Assembly (NCBI RefSeq): GCF_006345805.1
Contig: NC_042998.1
Location: forward strand, 73,098,001 to 73,162,000
Reading direction: 5' to 3'
Source of the DNA: Octopus sinensis
Lineage: Eukaryota
Length of the DNA stretch: 64,000 nt
Position 1 is the first letter of the stretch; each line of letters starts with the position of its first letter. The translations under genes and the position numbers were made by a program. A model generated the notes under the pieces. That model was given only the letters and a program-made list of their open reading frames with translations, searched no databases and was not told where the DNA came from. This document shows positions 52,339-64,000 of this stretch, piece by piece.

Positions 52339-52721
52339 ATTCTCGACAAGTGTTTTCGGTCGATTACGGTCCCTGTCAGGACATATAAATACAGCATTAG
52401 AATTTTTAGCTCTTATTTCTGGCAGTACATGTGTTTTAACATCCTAGTTACATTTAGTGACACTTATAGTTTTTCGGTCCAGCAGAGATTTTAGGCTTCA
52501 GCAGAGATTTGCTTTACCACATATCGAAGTTTAGAAATAGCACCCAAAGAACCTTAGCTATTTTCTCTACTTTAAAAAGAGACTCATGGAAAAAACAAAT
52601 TTTATCGAAAACAATCCTATTATAAAGTACTACTTTAGTTTACCGTGAAATGGTCCTTTTTCATGCCGAATTCTACTTGGTGAAATCATTAATTAATTTT
52701 ACCCTTTGTTATTATTGATAT

Positions 52722-52754
<33 letters not shown>

Positions 52755-54382
52755 TACACACACGGGTGTGTATGATTGTGTATAGAAGGATGTTTTAGTT
52801 AAAGAAATTCAATCTTAGTCTGATTTTCACGTTATATTTATAATGTTATAATAACATAATATAATGAAATTATATTGAACTAGAATTGAACTAGAATTTT
52901 CATGCATTAAATCAGTTAATCTTCGGGTTCATATAGTAGTGGTAACAGTTATGTTTTACAATTTACAACTGTGGTGAGATGGCTAAACTGCGTGCTTTAA
53001 ATATATTTGTATAGGGTCCAGAATATTAATTTTTGCAAATTGTATTCTAACCAATCAGTGTGTAATTTTACTAAATTACTTAAGTTGATTGGTGTTTGGA
53101 TTCTGCACACGGTTTTTTGAACAATTTAAGAGACCCTAAGTTGTAATTGTTGGGCTATTTTTTAGAAATGTTGTAAACAACATTTCCGAAGGATTTTTAC
53201 ATTTCAATTATTATCCATCATTATCATCTTCTTTATTATTGTTGTCGTTGTTGTTGTTGTTGGTTGTGGTGGTGGTGGTAGTGCTGGTGCTGGTGGGAGG
53301 AGTAGCTGTAGTAATTGAAATATAAATCCCAAAATAAGATATTTTTTACTGATTTTTCTGTTGACTTAGCTTGTATTTCCCTGCTATGGTCAAAATGAGC
53401 ACATTTAGTATTGTTGTTATTGGTAGTGGTAGTGATCATAGCAGTATAAATAGTACCTCTAAGTATTAGTATTATTGTTTATTTAGCTTGGGTTGGAATA
53501 TATTAATAAAGTTCTTTTCTCTGATTTTTCTTTCAATTTCACTTGGACTGCGTGGTTTGTAGAATGAAAATATAAATATTTTATGACCGCATGCTGCTAG
53601 ATAATTACTCAAAGGTATCTGACGGACAAATGAGTCACTAAGTTGCTGTCAGTGCACATCTGAAGGTTTTGATAGGGTATTTCTAGGCTGACCTACATAT
53701 AGTTTTTCACAATTTGGGCATTTGATACAGTAAGTTAAATTTCTGCCTTTGTGCGCATATGTGCGTGTGTTCATAATTTTCCGGGTCATATATTGGCCGG
53801 TATGTACGAATTACCATTTGCCACATCGGCTATCATTCCATTTAGATACAGTAATACAAGTATCTTTCGCATTAGGCGTTACAAGCAAAATCTATTGGTT
53901 GAATAAAGTTTCGTCCTATACATAGTAGAGAAGATATGTAAGGGTAAATAAAACGTTAGAAAGAACCACAGGAAGAACCGCACAATGTAAGAGAAAAAGG
54001 AGAAAATTATGCGAGTGAGTTATAGAACAATTTATACAAAGAAGAATAGATAACTTCAATTTATAATGCCTCTTAAGAAACTTTTTTTCTCTGTTTCTCA
54101 ATCCATAACTTCTTATCACCTAATTTCATTCCTCTATACAGCGCAATCATTTTAAATTTACCATATTTACATTTAATTAATCTCTTTTATCTTTTGTATG
54201 TTCTTGCGTTAGTCATTAAATAATTTTAGTTAAATAAATTTTCCTCAGTACTTATATTTTTTATTTCCTCAAGCTTGCAGCCTATTCTATCGGTTTCTTT
54301 TTCCGAGCCACTAATTTCGGGATGATATGCCCACCAACAACAGTTGTCAAGCGATATAAGTGTACAAGCACAGCACGCTCGG

Positions 54383-54439
<57 letters not shown>

Positions 54440-54479
54440 AAGATACAGATGTATATATATATATCTGTATGTATGTATG

Positions 54480-54520
<41 letters not shown>

Positions 54521-54720
54521 AATGTATTGGTATCTAGGAGATCTAAGGTGGCAGGTAAGGCTATGTATGTGCTATGGAAGGACCGTAGTTAAACTCTCGA
54601 TTCGATGGTAATATAAGTGAGGAGATTAATACGGGTCTTGCATGAGCATGTATATGTTAAATATAATGACACAAGAAAGCCAAGGGTGGGTGGAATTTTC
54701 GGTTTATAAAGAGAATGTTA

Positions 54721-54768
54721 GTCTTACAGCTGTTGCTGGGATATTGGGAATATTGCTTTATCAGAGAC
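54721..54768 (-). ncRNA. Decayed hammerhead motif (same family as 48612-48652)
   Basis: GTCT CTGATAA ...ccagcaa CAGCTG TA AGAC; core changes at G8 and in GAAA. Confidence 0.4.
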
Positions 54769-54818
54769 GATGTGAGATTGTGAAATAGAGGGAAATAGCA
54801 GAATTTTATATAACTAAT

Positions 54819-54893
<75 letters not shown>

Positions 54894-54898
54894 TTACA

Positions 54899-56970
54899 AT
54901 TATGGACTAATAGTCCATTTAAACTTCGGGCTCGAAGCATCTTAAACACAATAACATGCAATAAACATTAAACATTATACAATAAACATAACACTGAGGC
55001 TTTTCAACCTCTTGTCACTATTCCCCCCCCCCAGCATCGCTTGTGCCCGTATACTCCGCCATCACCCACACCTCATTCAAGACCAAGGCGGGATCCGAGT
55101 CGGCGTCGCCCGGCCACAAGCGGTATTCCTCATTGAGACCCTGCAGCCTATACGACATGGACAATGTTATAACCTCAACAGCTATATGCAGACGCCATTC
55201 GGAATCCTGTGTAAAGCCTAAAGGTACTCCCTTATGGTGTTTTTCCACCTCTTTTACCTACCCGCCTCTGTGGAAGAAGACCATAGTTCGTCTTCCTCCG
55301 GGTTCGAGATAGTCAATTCTACCGTTGTAGGCACAATTCCCCCCAACGGTGTCTCTTCCCCTGCCGGTGGAACAACCCCTGCCGGCAGGGTTCCGGGTCA
55401 TTGCGGTGCTATGTCACCGACTGCCGGCAATGTCCCGTTTCTCTTCCGATTTTTTTCCTCCCAGCTGAAGGAGGGTGCGTCTCCTCTGTGCCCGGGAGAT
55501 TCGCCTCCCCTCGCTCATCCCAAAGATCCTTCGGTAACCCCCCATTGGTGCTCATCCTATTCCCCTTGCAGCTCTTCTTTGAGGAGTCATCCGTCTCCTC
55601 GGCCGCCTTCGTACCTTCTTCTACAGAGGTCTCAATCGACTGCTTTAGGACTTTGCTTTGTTCCTGAGGACAGTTTTTCTTTATATGGCCAGGTTCCAGG
55701 CACCGATGACACCTGGGGGGCGGGCTCCCTCAAGAATCAGCTGCTACCAGCACCCGGGTATTTTCAAAAAATCTGGCATAACCAGATTCATGGTTGATTG
55801 GGTTTACATGGTGAAAACAGCTGTTGAAGCAACACAAACAGCTGCGGGAATAATTTTCACATTGAGGTGCCTGGCTCCGCTGTCACCCAGACCCGGACGG
55901 ATAGTATCCTCTATCCACTGGGGTTCAATTGCGGTTGGCAAACCACATACACAGGCCCTCGTCAATTTTTCCTACAAAAACAAAATTTCTTTACCCTCAA
56001 GGTGCTGGCTCGCAAAACTGCGAGTTTCCTCGAGGGTGTCAAACAGCAACCACATCGTTGCATATTTGACACACCAAGAGATATAATTAATGGTTGGCAG
56101 ATGTTCCGCCAACTCCTGCTCAATCATCTGCTCGGAGAAGATGGCAATGGTGTCGAGAACCTTCGAATACGTTCTCAACACCACCGCCCCCTCCCCTTGC
56201 TGTCTGAGCCATTCCTTATCCGTATTTTTGCCATGTTTTAAATTAAAACAAAAAACAATCCAAAACAATAGTTCACAAATTTCAAAAAGAAAAGAGAGAA
56301 ATGAAAAACAAAAACAAAGGGAAGAATGGAAAAAGCAAACAGTTCAATATTTTAGAAAGTCACAATAGAAGAAGAAAACAGTTTAACAAAACACAGTAAA
56401 AAATCTCCTGGGCATTCAGGTAATCCAAACCCTATGGTATTCCGATTAGAGCCTGGACTGCCCCACTTGAAATTCCAATTATTGGTAAACGTGTTTGTAA
56501 ACATACACTCTATTCACAAACAGAGAACAATTTTTGGTGGCAGGATACGTCACCAAACTATACTTCTCACAATAAGAAAAAATTTTAACTTAATGTGAAC
56601 ACTTGAAAAACAGATTTCCAATAAATGGTAAATGTTGTTGTAAAAACATACACTATTAAAATGTAAACAACATTTGGTTGAATTACATGCCCCGAAACTG
56701 TACTTCTCACAATGAGAAAAAACATTTTCACTTAATGTGAACAATATTGCTGAACTGAAAGCAGACCAATATCCTGAATCTTGTGAGGATTCTTCGTTTG
56801 TAAAAATTATAACCACATATAACAACCGCCACTGGACCCAAGAGACAAAAGTGTTACCTTGAAGAAGCAACTTTTCGCTGGCTAAACACCGCCAGCTATC
56901 TACTTAAGTGCACAACACAATGACACATCCGTACACTGAGAACAAAGACTCATAGGAAGTATGTAGGCTT
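54899..56970 (-). mobile_element. ORF1-only non-LTR retroelement (HAL1-like; L1/Tx1-derived)
   Basis: GC-richer island with a T-rich 5' UTR and a disrupted gag-like ORF. The 3' UTR is about 115 nt with two hairpins, then (TA)n. I saw no endonuclease or RT sequence between the ORF end and the tail. The 5' boundary is uncertain. Confidence 0.65.
55018..56234 (-). pseudogene. Gag-like ORF1 with CX2CX4HX4C zinc knuckle
   Basis: PRCHRCLEPGHIKKNCP at about 55670-55720. The N-terminal region reads KYATMWLLFDTLEETRSFASQHLEGKEILFL. Several frameshifts and stops are present. Confidence 0.75.
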
Positions 56971-56971
56971 C

Positions 56972-57011
56972 TTGGTAAGCAAGCTACTTACCACACAGCC
57001 ACTCCTGCGCC
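56972..57011 (-). mobile_element. SINE family A 5' head fragment (A box only)
   Basis: GGCGCAGGAGTGGCTGTGTGGTAAGTAGCTTGCTTACCAA, closely matching the head at 17000-17030. Confidence 0.8.
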
Positions 57012-57175
57012 TATGCTGTTGAGAAATTGGTATAAATGCACCGAATCAGGTTGCAGCGCCACTTACGCAGACTGTGGGTTCAAATATGGCTTAACACCTA
57101 TCAAATTTGTATATATATATGTGACGGTTTATTTTATAAATTTGCGTCTCCAAAATCAATTCAAAAGGCTTAGAT

Positions 57176-57281
57176 CGGTCAGGTGTTATAGTATTAGACA
57201 TTTGCCCAAGGGTGCCATGCAATGGGACTGAACCGGGAACCATGTAGGTAGCAAGCAAACAGCAATCTTCGTATCACACAG

Positions 57282-57283
<2 letters not shown>
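57176..57283 (-). mobile_element. SINE family A head, 3'-truncated
   Basis: GGTTCAGTCCCATTGCATGGCACCCTTGGGCAAATGTC. Confidence 0.75.
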
Positions 57284-57323
<40 letters not shown>

Positions 57324-57640
57324 ACTTTTCCTGGGGTTTACACATTTTTGTGCTTGTTATGATTTCATAGATAGGTGCTGCGTTTGTTTATTTTGCAACT
57401 TCCGTATAATGTACATAAATGTGTGTATGGTGATAGGTGCATGTATATATAAATTCTCACACACACAAAATCAGTGCGCGCGCACTCACACACGCACTCA
57501 AACACTCATTCCACCACACACACATTTTTCTGTTTGAATATGGATATATATATATAATAGGCAAGTGTATATATGTATATAAGTACTATATTATGTACAT
57601 ATATACACATATATATATAGAGAGAGACACACACACACAG

Positions 57641-57677
<37 letters not shown>

Positions 57678-57759
57678 GTAACATACGGATGCTACATATA
57701 TACAAACACATACATGTCTACATACATGCATAAAATATACTAAATTTCTCGTATATAGA

Positions 57760-57783
57760 AACATGTATGTACATATGTATCTC

Positions 57784-57828
<45 letters not shown>

Positions 57829-57856
57829 GTATATATGTATATATGTATATATATAT

Positions 57857-57909
<53 letters not shown>

Positions 57910-58030
57910 AAATTCATACTTATGTTACACACATGCACATACAAACATGTATACATGGACGTGTATAGAAACATGTATGTACATATATATATATGTATGT
58001 ATGTATGTATATATATATATATACGTTTGT
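57760..58030. repeat. Compound (TA)n/(TATG)n microsatellite
   Basis: Direct reading of the sequence. Confidence 0.9.
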
Positions 58031-58513
58031 ATGTGTAGACATGTTTGTATGTGCGTGTTTGTACTATAAGTATGAATTTTAGTGTGTGACCTTATTTAGA
58101 TATTTACACATGCCCTAGGATCTATATATATAAACATATATACTTGCGAGTGTATTAAAGTTATATTACTTTAAGTAGCAACATGCTGTTTTTCAAATTA
58201 AAATACTCATTTATACAAAATTGTATCTTTCAGTATTTATATACATTTAATAGACATATATAGTTCACTTTGCTGACGGGCAGTCATGTATAGAGTTATA
58301 GACTTGATCTTTCTGCAATTGCTTTCGTTTCAATGTTGATTTCTAATAATAGGTATTAAAATTTATACTTGGTATTTATAATTTAATCCCTCTATTTCCT
58401 GTTCGTATACACATATGCAAACGCACATGCATGCATATATCATATATATATTATTATACTATATATATATATGTATATATATATATTCATTATATTATAT
58501 TATATTATATGTA

Positions 58514-58568
<55 letters not shown>

Positions 58569-58664
58569 TTACACATGCGTGTGTGTGTGTATTTACATGT
58601 AAATTTATGAGAAAAAATGGAAAGAGAGAGTGATGCACCCACATATATGCATACATATGTGTGC

Positions 58665-58713
<49 letters not shown>

Positions 58714-58732
58714 TATAATATTATGTTTTATA

Positions 58733-58749
58733 TAGATAGATAGATAGAT

Positions 58750-58842
<93 letters not shown>
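58733..58842. repeat. (GATA)n microsatellite
   Basis: Direct reading of the sequence. Confidence 0.95.
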
Positions 58843-60403
58843 AATTTTAATACGACATCGGCTGAACAATCTTTGTTACTAATCCCAACGTTTTATGCGT
58901 TGTTAAAGGCTAATGTTTAACTTATGTCCTCTAAGGGATGTCCCTTGTAACATTTCTGCTGTTAAAAACATAGTAAACACTCAAAACTTGGCGAAACCAA
59001 ATTGTACCGCACGTGCGCTAGAACCACAGTTATTGATACTTCATAGTTTTGCTGCCCTACTACGACGTCTATTTTCCCCAGTTCCTAAAGAAATTCGAAA
59101 TATACATCATTATCCTACTACTTTAATTCTCGTTCACTTCCGAGGAAGTTTTGTTTCGGCTAAGCTTGACTTATTCAGTGTTTTTGAACGCATTACCTCC
59201 TTAGATGAAATACCGTAATTACGAGACTTTAGTAACCCACGTATATTAAGTTTGTGATACTGATAATGGTAACAATATCGAGCTCCTTCTAACAAAATTT
59301 TCATTTAGGTCTACTTGTGCGGCGTTAGCGCTCATCAGCTTATAGATTTTAAAGTGTATTTGTGAAGTAGGCATTTAAGAACTGAATTTGAAATTGAGGT
59401 AAGTACACGGCACTGTTTGGCAGCAGAAAGTACGAAATGTCGATATCCGATGCTGTCGATCAATTTCGGAGCGGTTACGCTTCGTCAAGCGTTAAAGTAA
59501 ATTGCGTTTTTAAATTATACGTCTTTACCTCTTGGTAGAAATACCGCAGTTACTTGAGTTTCACAGGCCACACGCATTAAGTATTAGAGAGTGATATATG
59601 TGTGTATATGTGTGTCTGTGTGTGTGCCTGTCTGTGTGTGTCTGTTTGTCTGTCTGTGTGTTCTATGCGTGCCTGCGTGTATGTATGTGCATGCGTAACT
59701 CTCACTAAATGAGCTCCGTTCCTCTTTCTGTGGTTTTCCACTCACACTATATGTGTGCATGCGTGCGTTCATGTGCATATATGTATATATATATGGAGAG
59801 CGAGAGAGAGAGTGAGAGAAACAGATTGATTGATAGTTAGATAGATGGATAGATAGATAGGTAGATAGACAGATATACATACACACATATACATGCACAC
59901 ATTCAAATTCTATCGACAATTATGTATCAGTATTAGATAGTTCACTTAAATAATTACTTCTGAGAAACCCTAAACTACATTCACCATTTTATGAAGTCAT
60001 TACTTTTACAATTCCACACAAATAAATAGCTTAATAAGTCTACAATTTCCTACACAATAACATATATACCCACACACACTCGAGCGCTTGTACAGACAAA
60101 TAGTATACACATGTACTTTATTTTTCACATTCAGTATGGAAAATAAAACATGCTAGACTGGTATATACATGATAGATCTATAAATTTCTTAAAATTAGAT
60201 GTTTCTCTAAAATTCTAATCTCTAAACTAACTTTATACATTTAGACTTGTAATTTACGAAGCAACCGTTCTTTTCCTTTTGGCGATACCATACTAATACT
60301 TTAGCCTACATAAATTCAAATATATAAATGCATTGTCACCCCGCATAAAAATACTACATCGAACATAATTTCATGTACACATTCAATGTAACTATGGCAG
60401 TAA

Positions 60404-60836
60404 AGCGGTGAGCTGGCAGAAACGTTAGCACGTCGGGCAAAATGCTTAGCGGTATTTCGTCTGCCGTTACGTTCTGAGTTCAAATTCCGCCGAGGTCAAC
60501 TTTGCCCTTCATCCTTTCAGTTTCGATAAATTAGTACCAGTTACGCACTGGACTCAATGTAATCGACTTAATCGGTTTGTCTGTCCTTGTTTGTCACCTC
60601 TGTGTGCAGCCCCTTGTGGGCAGAAAAGAAATAAGAAATGTTAGCATGCCGGGCGAAATGCTTAGCGGTATATCATCTGTCTTTACGTTCTAAGTTCAAA
60701 TTCCGCCGAGGTCGACTTTGCTTTTCATCCTTTCGGGGTCGATAAATTAAATACCAGTTCCGTACTGGTGTCGGTCTAATCGACTGCGCCCTCACTCGCA
60801 AAATTCCGTGCCTTGTGCCTAGGGTAGAAAAGAATA
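60404..60836 (+). mobile_element. Dimeric tRNA-derived SINE family B with target-site duplication
   Basis: Two head-plus-core units. The 15-bp TSD is TAACTATGGCAGTAA (60389-60403) / TAACTATGGCAATAA (60837-60851). Confidence 0.92.
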
Positions 60837-61384
60837 TAACTATGGCAATAATGAAATCTCACATACATTACACAAAATTATCTCCTTCCAGCTGTCTTTC
60901 TGTAGCGAGATTATTTCAATGCAAGACAATATCCACAATTCTCTTTTAGCTGTTTTCCGTCTGGCTTCACTCTTAAACTTCTTTCGTTGTTCTTAATTTT
61001 CACATTTGTTTCATTTCGTGGCCATCCTCACTTCATCAGTTAACCATTTGTAATTTTGTTACCTAATTTTTAAACTTGAATTTTGAAACTTGTCATTAAA
61101 CCTATTTTATTAGGAATTTTAACTAGAATGATACCTGTTTACATCAACAACACGCCTGGAAATGAAAATATAATATGCTTTTCCCTATATTAAGAACAGG
61201 ACAGAAACCTGCTCACCACTGATTAAATAGCCAGTTAAAACCTTTGAAATGCATCTGTGTATGTAAGTATTTGTATATGTTTATATGTGAGAAGATATTA
61301 GATTGTGTAAATATATCTACATTTTTGCGAGTGCGCATTTGCGCATGTATTTTCATGTTTTATTTCCTTCTATCTGTTTCTTTG

Positions 61385-61467
61385 TAGATAAATAGATAGA
61401 TAGATACATACATACATACATACATACATACATACATAAATAGATAGATGGCTAGATATATATATAA

Positions 61468-61563
<96 letters not shown>

Positions 61564-61583
61564 CGATAGATAAATAGATAGAT
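61385..61583. repeat. (GATA)n/(TACA)n microsatellite
   Basis: Direct reading of the sequence. Confidence 0.95.
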
Positions 61584-61586
61584 AAC

Positions 61587-62603
61587 TTTCTTTATTGGCC
61601 ACACAGGGCTGAATACAGAGGGGACAAATAGAAATGTAAAGCTTTTCTTTTCGAAGATGGAAAAATAAAAAAGGAACAAAAATGGAAACAAATGTAAAAT
61701 TCTGATCAAAACGGATCGAAAAAAAAAAAAGAAAAAGAAAAGAAAATCGATCAAAAGTGATCGTGTATCAAAGAAACAAACTGTTTTAACAGTAAGAAAC
61801 AAGATTAGGTTCATCCGTGGGAAGAAAAGCCTACAGAAAAGACCACAGCAACCTCAGCCAGGGAGGAAATAAGCACATGAGAGCAAAGTGCTCTCTCTCT
61901 CTCTCTCTTTCTCTCTCTTTTACGTGGTTTCGTCACTCGCACGCGCCATCTTTGCTACATTCACCCACCTTTTTTGAAACTTTCGCGAGACAAAACATGC
62001 CTCTCCATTCTCAGCTTCATTTTCAAGTGGTACTTGAAAATGTTGATGAGCGATTGACCAGAGAGATAACTGTTTGTCTGTAATCCTTTCGCTCGGGTCC
62101 ACCACACACATTCTTTCACCATGGCAACCAGTACGTTGAAAACTACCTTGCCTTCCCGGTTGAGGGAATGGGGCGGAGCAATTACCACGATAGACTCGGC
62201 CGACAGGCGAACTCGTCCCACACGTGACAGCAGCCGTTCGGCATAAGCCCACATGTCTTAAATGCTTGGACACTGCACGAATGCGTGCAGAACGGTTTCG
62301 TCGCTCTGACCGCATCTCGGGCAAGTCGGTCCAATGTGTCTCTAACCGTGCCTGTGGTGCTTATCCCGAACAGGTAATGCTTCTCGATAGCACTGCCAGG
62401 CCAGGGATCTTTGTTGACTGTACATAGGTCCCGGCCCGAAAGTTGTTCTGAACAGGCCGGTCGGGTGTTCCTCATCGACGCCCAGATTCTGCGCGAGAAC
62501 GTCGTCGCACCTTCACTAATCCTCTATAGAACGCCTTTGTTGTAATGAAGTCGCATAAGTTTGGTCCCGGCCGGCAGAGTTGCTTGAGAGCAATGCACTA
62601 AAT
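61587..62603 (-). mobile_element. 5'-truncated Tx1/L1-clade LINE: ORF2 C-terminus (zf-RVT-type knuckle) and 3' UTR
   Basis: SLAWQCYREALPVRDK...CPRCGQSDETVLHAFVQCP...MWAYAERLL...AMVKECVWWTR. A T-rich UTR ends GCCAATAAAGAAA against (TATC)n. Confidence 0.85.
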
Positions 62604-64000
62604 AAATAAATAAATAAACTTTTGAATGTCTTAATATATTTTTATGATATATAATATTAATATTAAGATATATAATGCGTCATTATTATAGAAGCGTATA
62701 TTCATATATTACAGTTCATTTGTGTCACTATTTACCGTGTGATTGTTTGTCTGTATATGTATAAGTGTATATATATCAAAATGTAGACTATCAAACACTT
62801 CATGCAACATGTTCTCTCATACGTTTCGCTCGTTGACACATGTCATTCGTGTCACAATTCGTTTCCTCTATGCCGGAAGATTTCTTTCTCAGAAAGTTTG
62901 TAGCGAACAATAAAACTGTAATAAATTAACGTATTTATTCCATAGTTGTTTGTACAACTTTCGTTGAGTATACCTTAGATTTTAATTTCCTTGAATATTC
63001 TATCAGATTAACGTAGACACGCACAAACACATACAAACACACACACACACATACACACAGAAACACACAGAGACTTACACACACACGAATGTATATTATA
63101 TAACCCTGTGTGTATGTGTGTGTCTGTGTCTGTGTGAGTGTTTTACTATATACACAGCTGTGATCACAGTTCATGTTCTCAAAATATTTCATGTTTCATT
63201 TTGAATTAATTAAAGGTTATTTCGACGGGAAAATTCCAGTCTTTCGATATTTCTTGTCCATTATGACCTAACCTTCTGTATGACAGGTTCATTATTGGCA
63301 TGTTTACTGCTATTTGATAGTAGGCTGGGTCGATTGTCATTATCTGAGAAACACATGAGTAAAAATGTGAAAAGACGATGCAAAAACACAGGTAATTATA
63401 TGGTCCAGTGCAAATATAGCTCTTGCTTGGTTTCTGCGTTATAAAACTAAGTTTAAGTGTATGTGCATTAGTTCTTATGAACTGTATCAACAGTAAATAA
63501 CTGCATCTGAAGTTCAAAAGTCTTCTTGTATTCTTGGCTACACCGACATAACCAATAACTTTAGAAAATAAGCCAGCAAACTATATTGGCTCGAACACAA
63601 TTAATCCGTAAGTCTTCAACATCTTTCATTCAAAGGAGATATGTAAGTTATTTTGGATCAGTTCCTATTCTTTAAAAGCATCTAAAGTAGTGAATGCCAC
63701 TCAATATCAATTAGTTTTAACCTTAGTTATGATGTGTACATCACCTACATATCTGACATTGAACAAATATTTGATAATGTATCACCATAATTGTAATGCT
63801 ATGTCACAATATTTGCTCTGACCAAAGGCAAATGCTCGGCCTTAGCACTAACCTAAAAGCTTTGCATTACTTCAATATTGCACAATATATTTTCAGAGAT
63901 TAAATAAAATTATTTCAAATGATGGCGTGTTTAAAATATTTTTTTTAATATTGATTTTCATTTTAAACAATTTATTCTGTATAGATTTTTTCCTACTGTC

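Noticed and set aside
55012-56368. Plus-strand ORFs of 187, 142, 124 and 92 aa
   Set aside because: Antisense frames of the GC-richer ORF1 element on the minus strand.
61817-62427. Plus-strand ORFs over the Tx1-like fragment
   Set aside because: Antisense to the recognisable ORF2 C-terminus.

Overview
This is AT-rich, microsatellite-dense eukaryotic genomic DNA. The tRNA-derived SINE families suggest an octopus (coleoid cephalopod); this is an inference from remembered family sequences, not a search. I could not identify any host protein-coding gene with confidence. Most listed ORFs are microsatellite or antisense artefacts, and the real coding signal is almost all transposon-derived. It comprises mariner/Tc1 remnants, an RTE fragment and R4/Dong-type LINEs with a restriction-like endonuclease sitting in (TAA)n tracts, one of them exactly duplicated with a 1,390-bp period. 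There are also Penelope-like (PLE) RT fragments, the 3' end of a Tx1/L1-like ORF2, an ORF1-only (HAL1-like) element, a head-to-tail Helitron pair carrying a captured LINE ORF1 fragment, a hAT MITE and at least three SINE families. The most interesting layer is RNA-level. Several minimal type I hammerhead ribozyme motifs with palindromic stem III occur, including an intact-looking U3-A8 covariant core at 51057-51104. A recurrent composite also appears twice: PLE RT end, tRNA-like Pol III head, (AAT/AAC)n, hammerhead, PLE tail. A 42-nt tail is shared between the dimeric SINE and the Tx1-like LINE. All folds, alignments and translations were done by eye; none were computed or searched.
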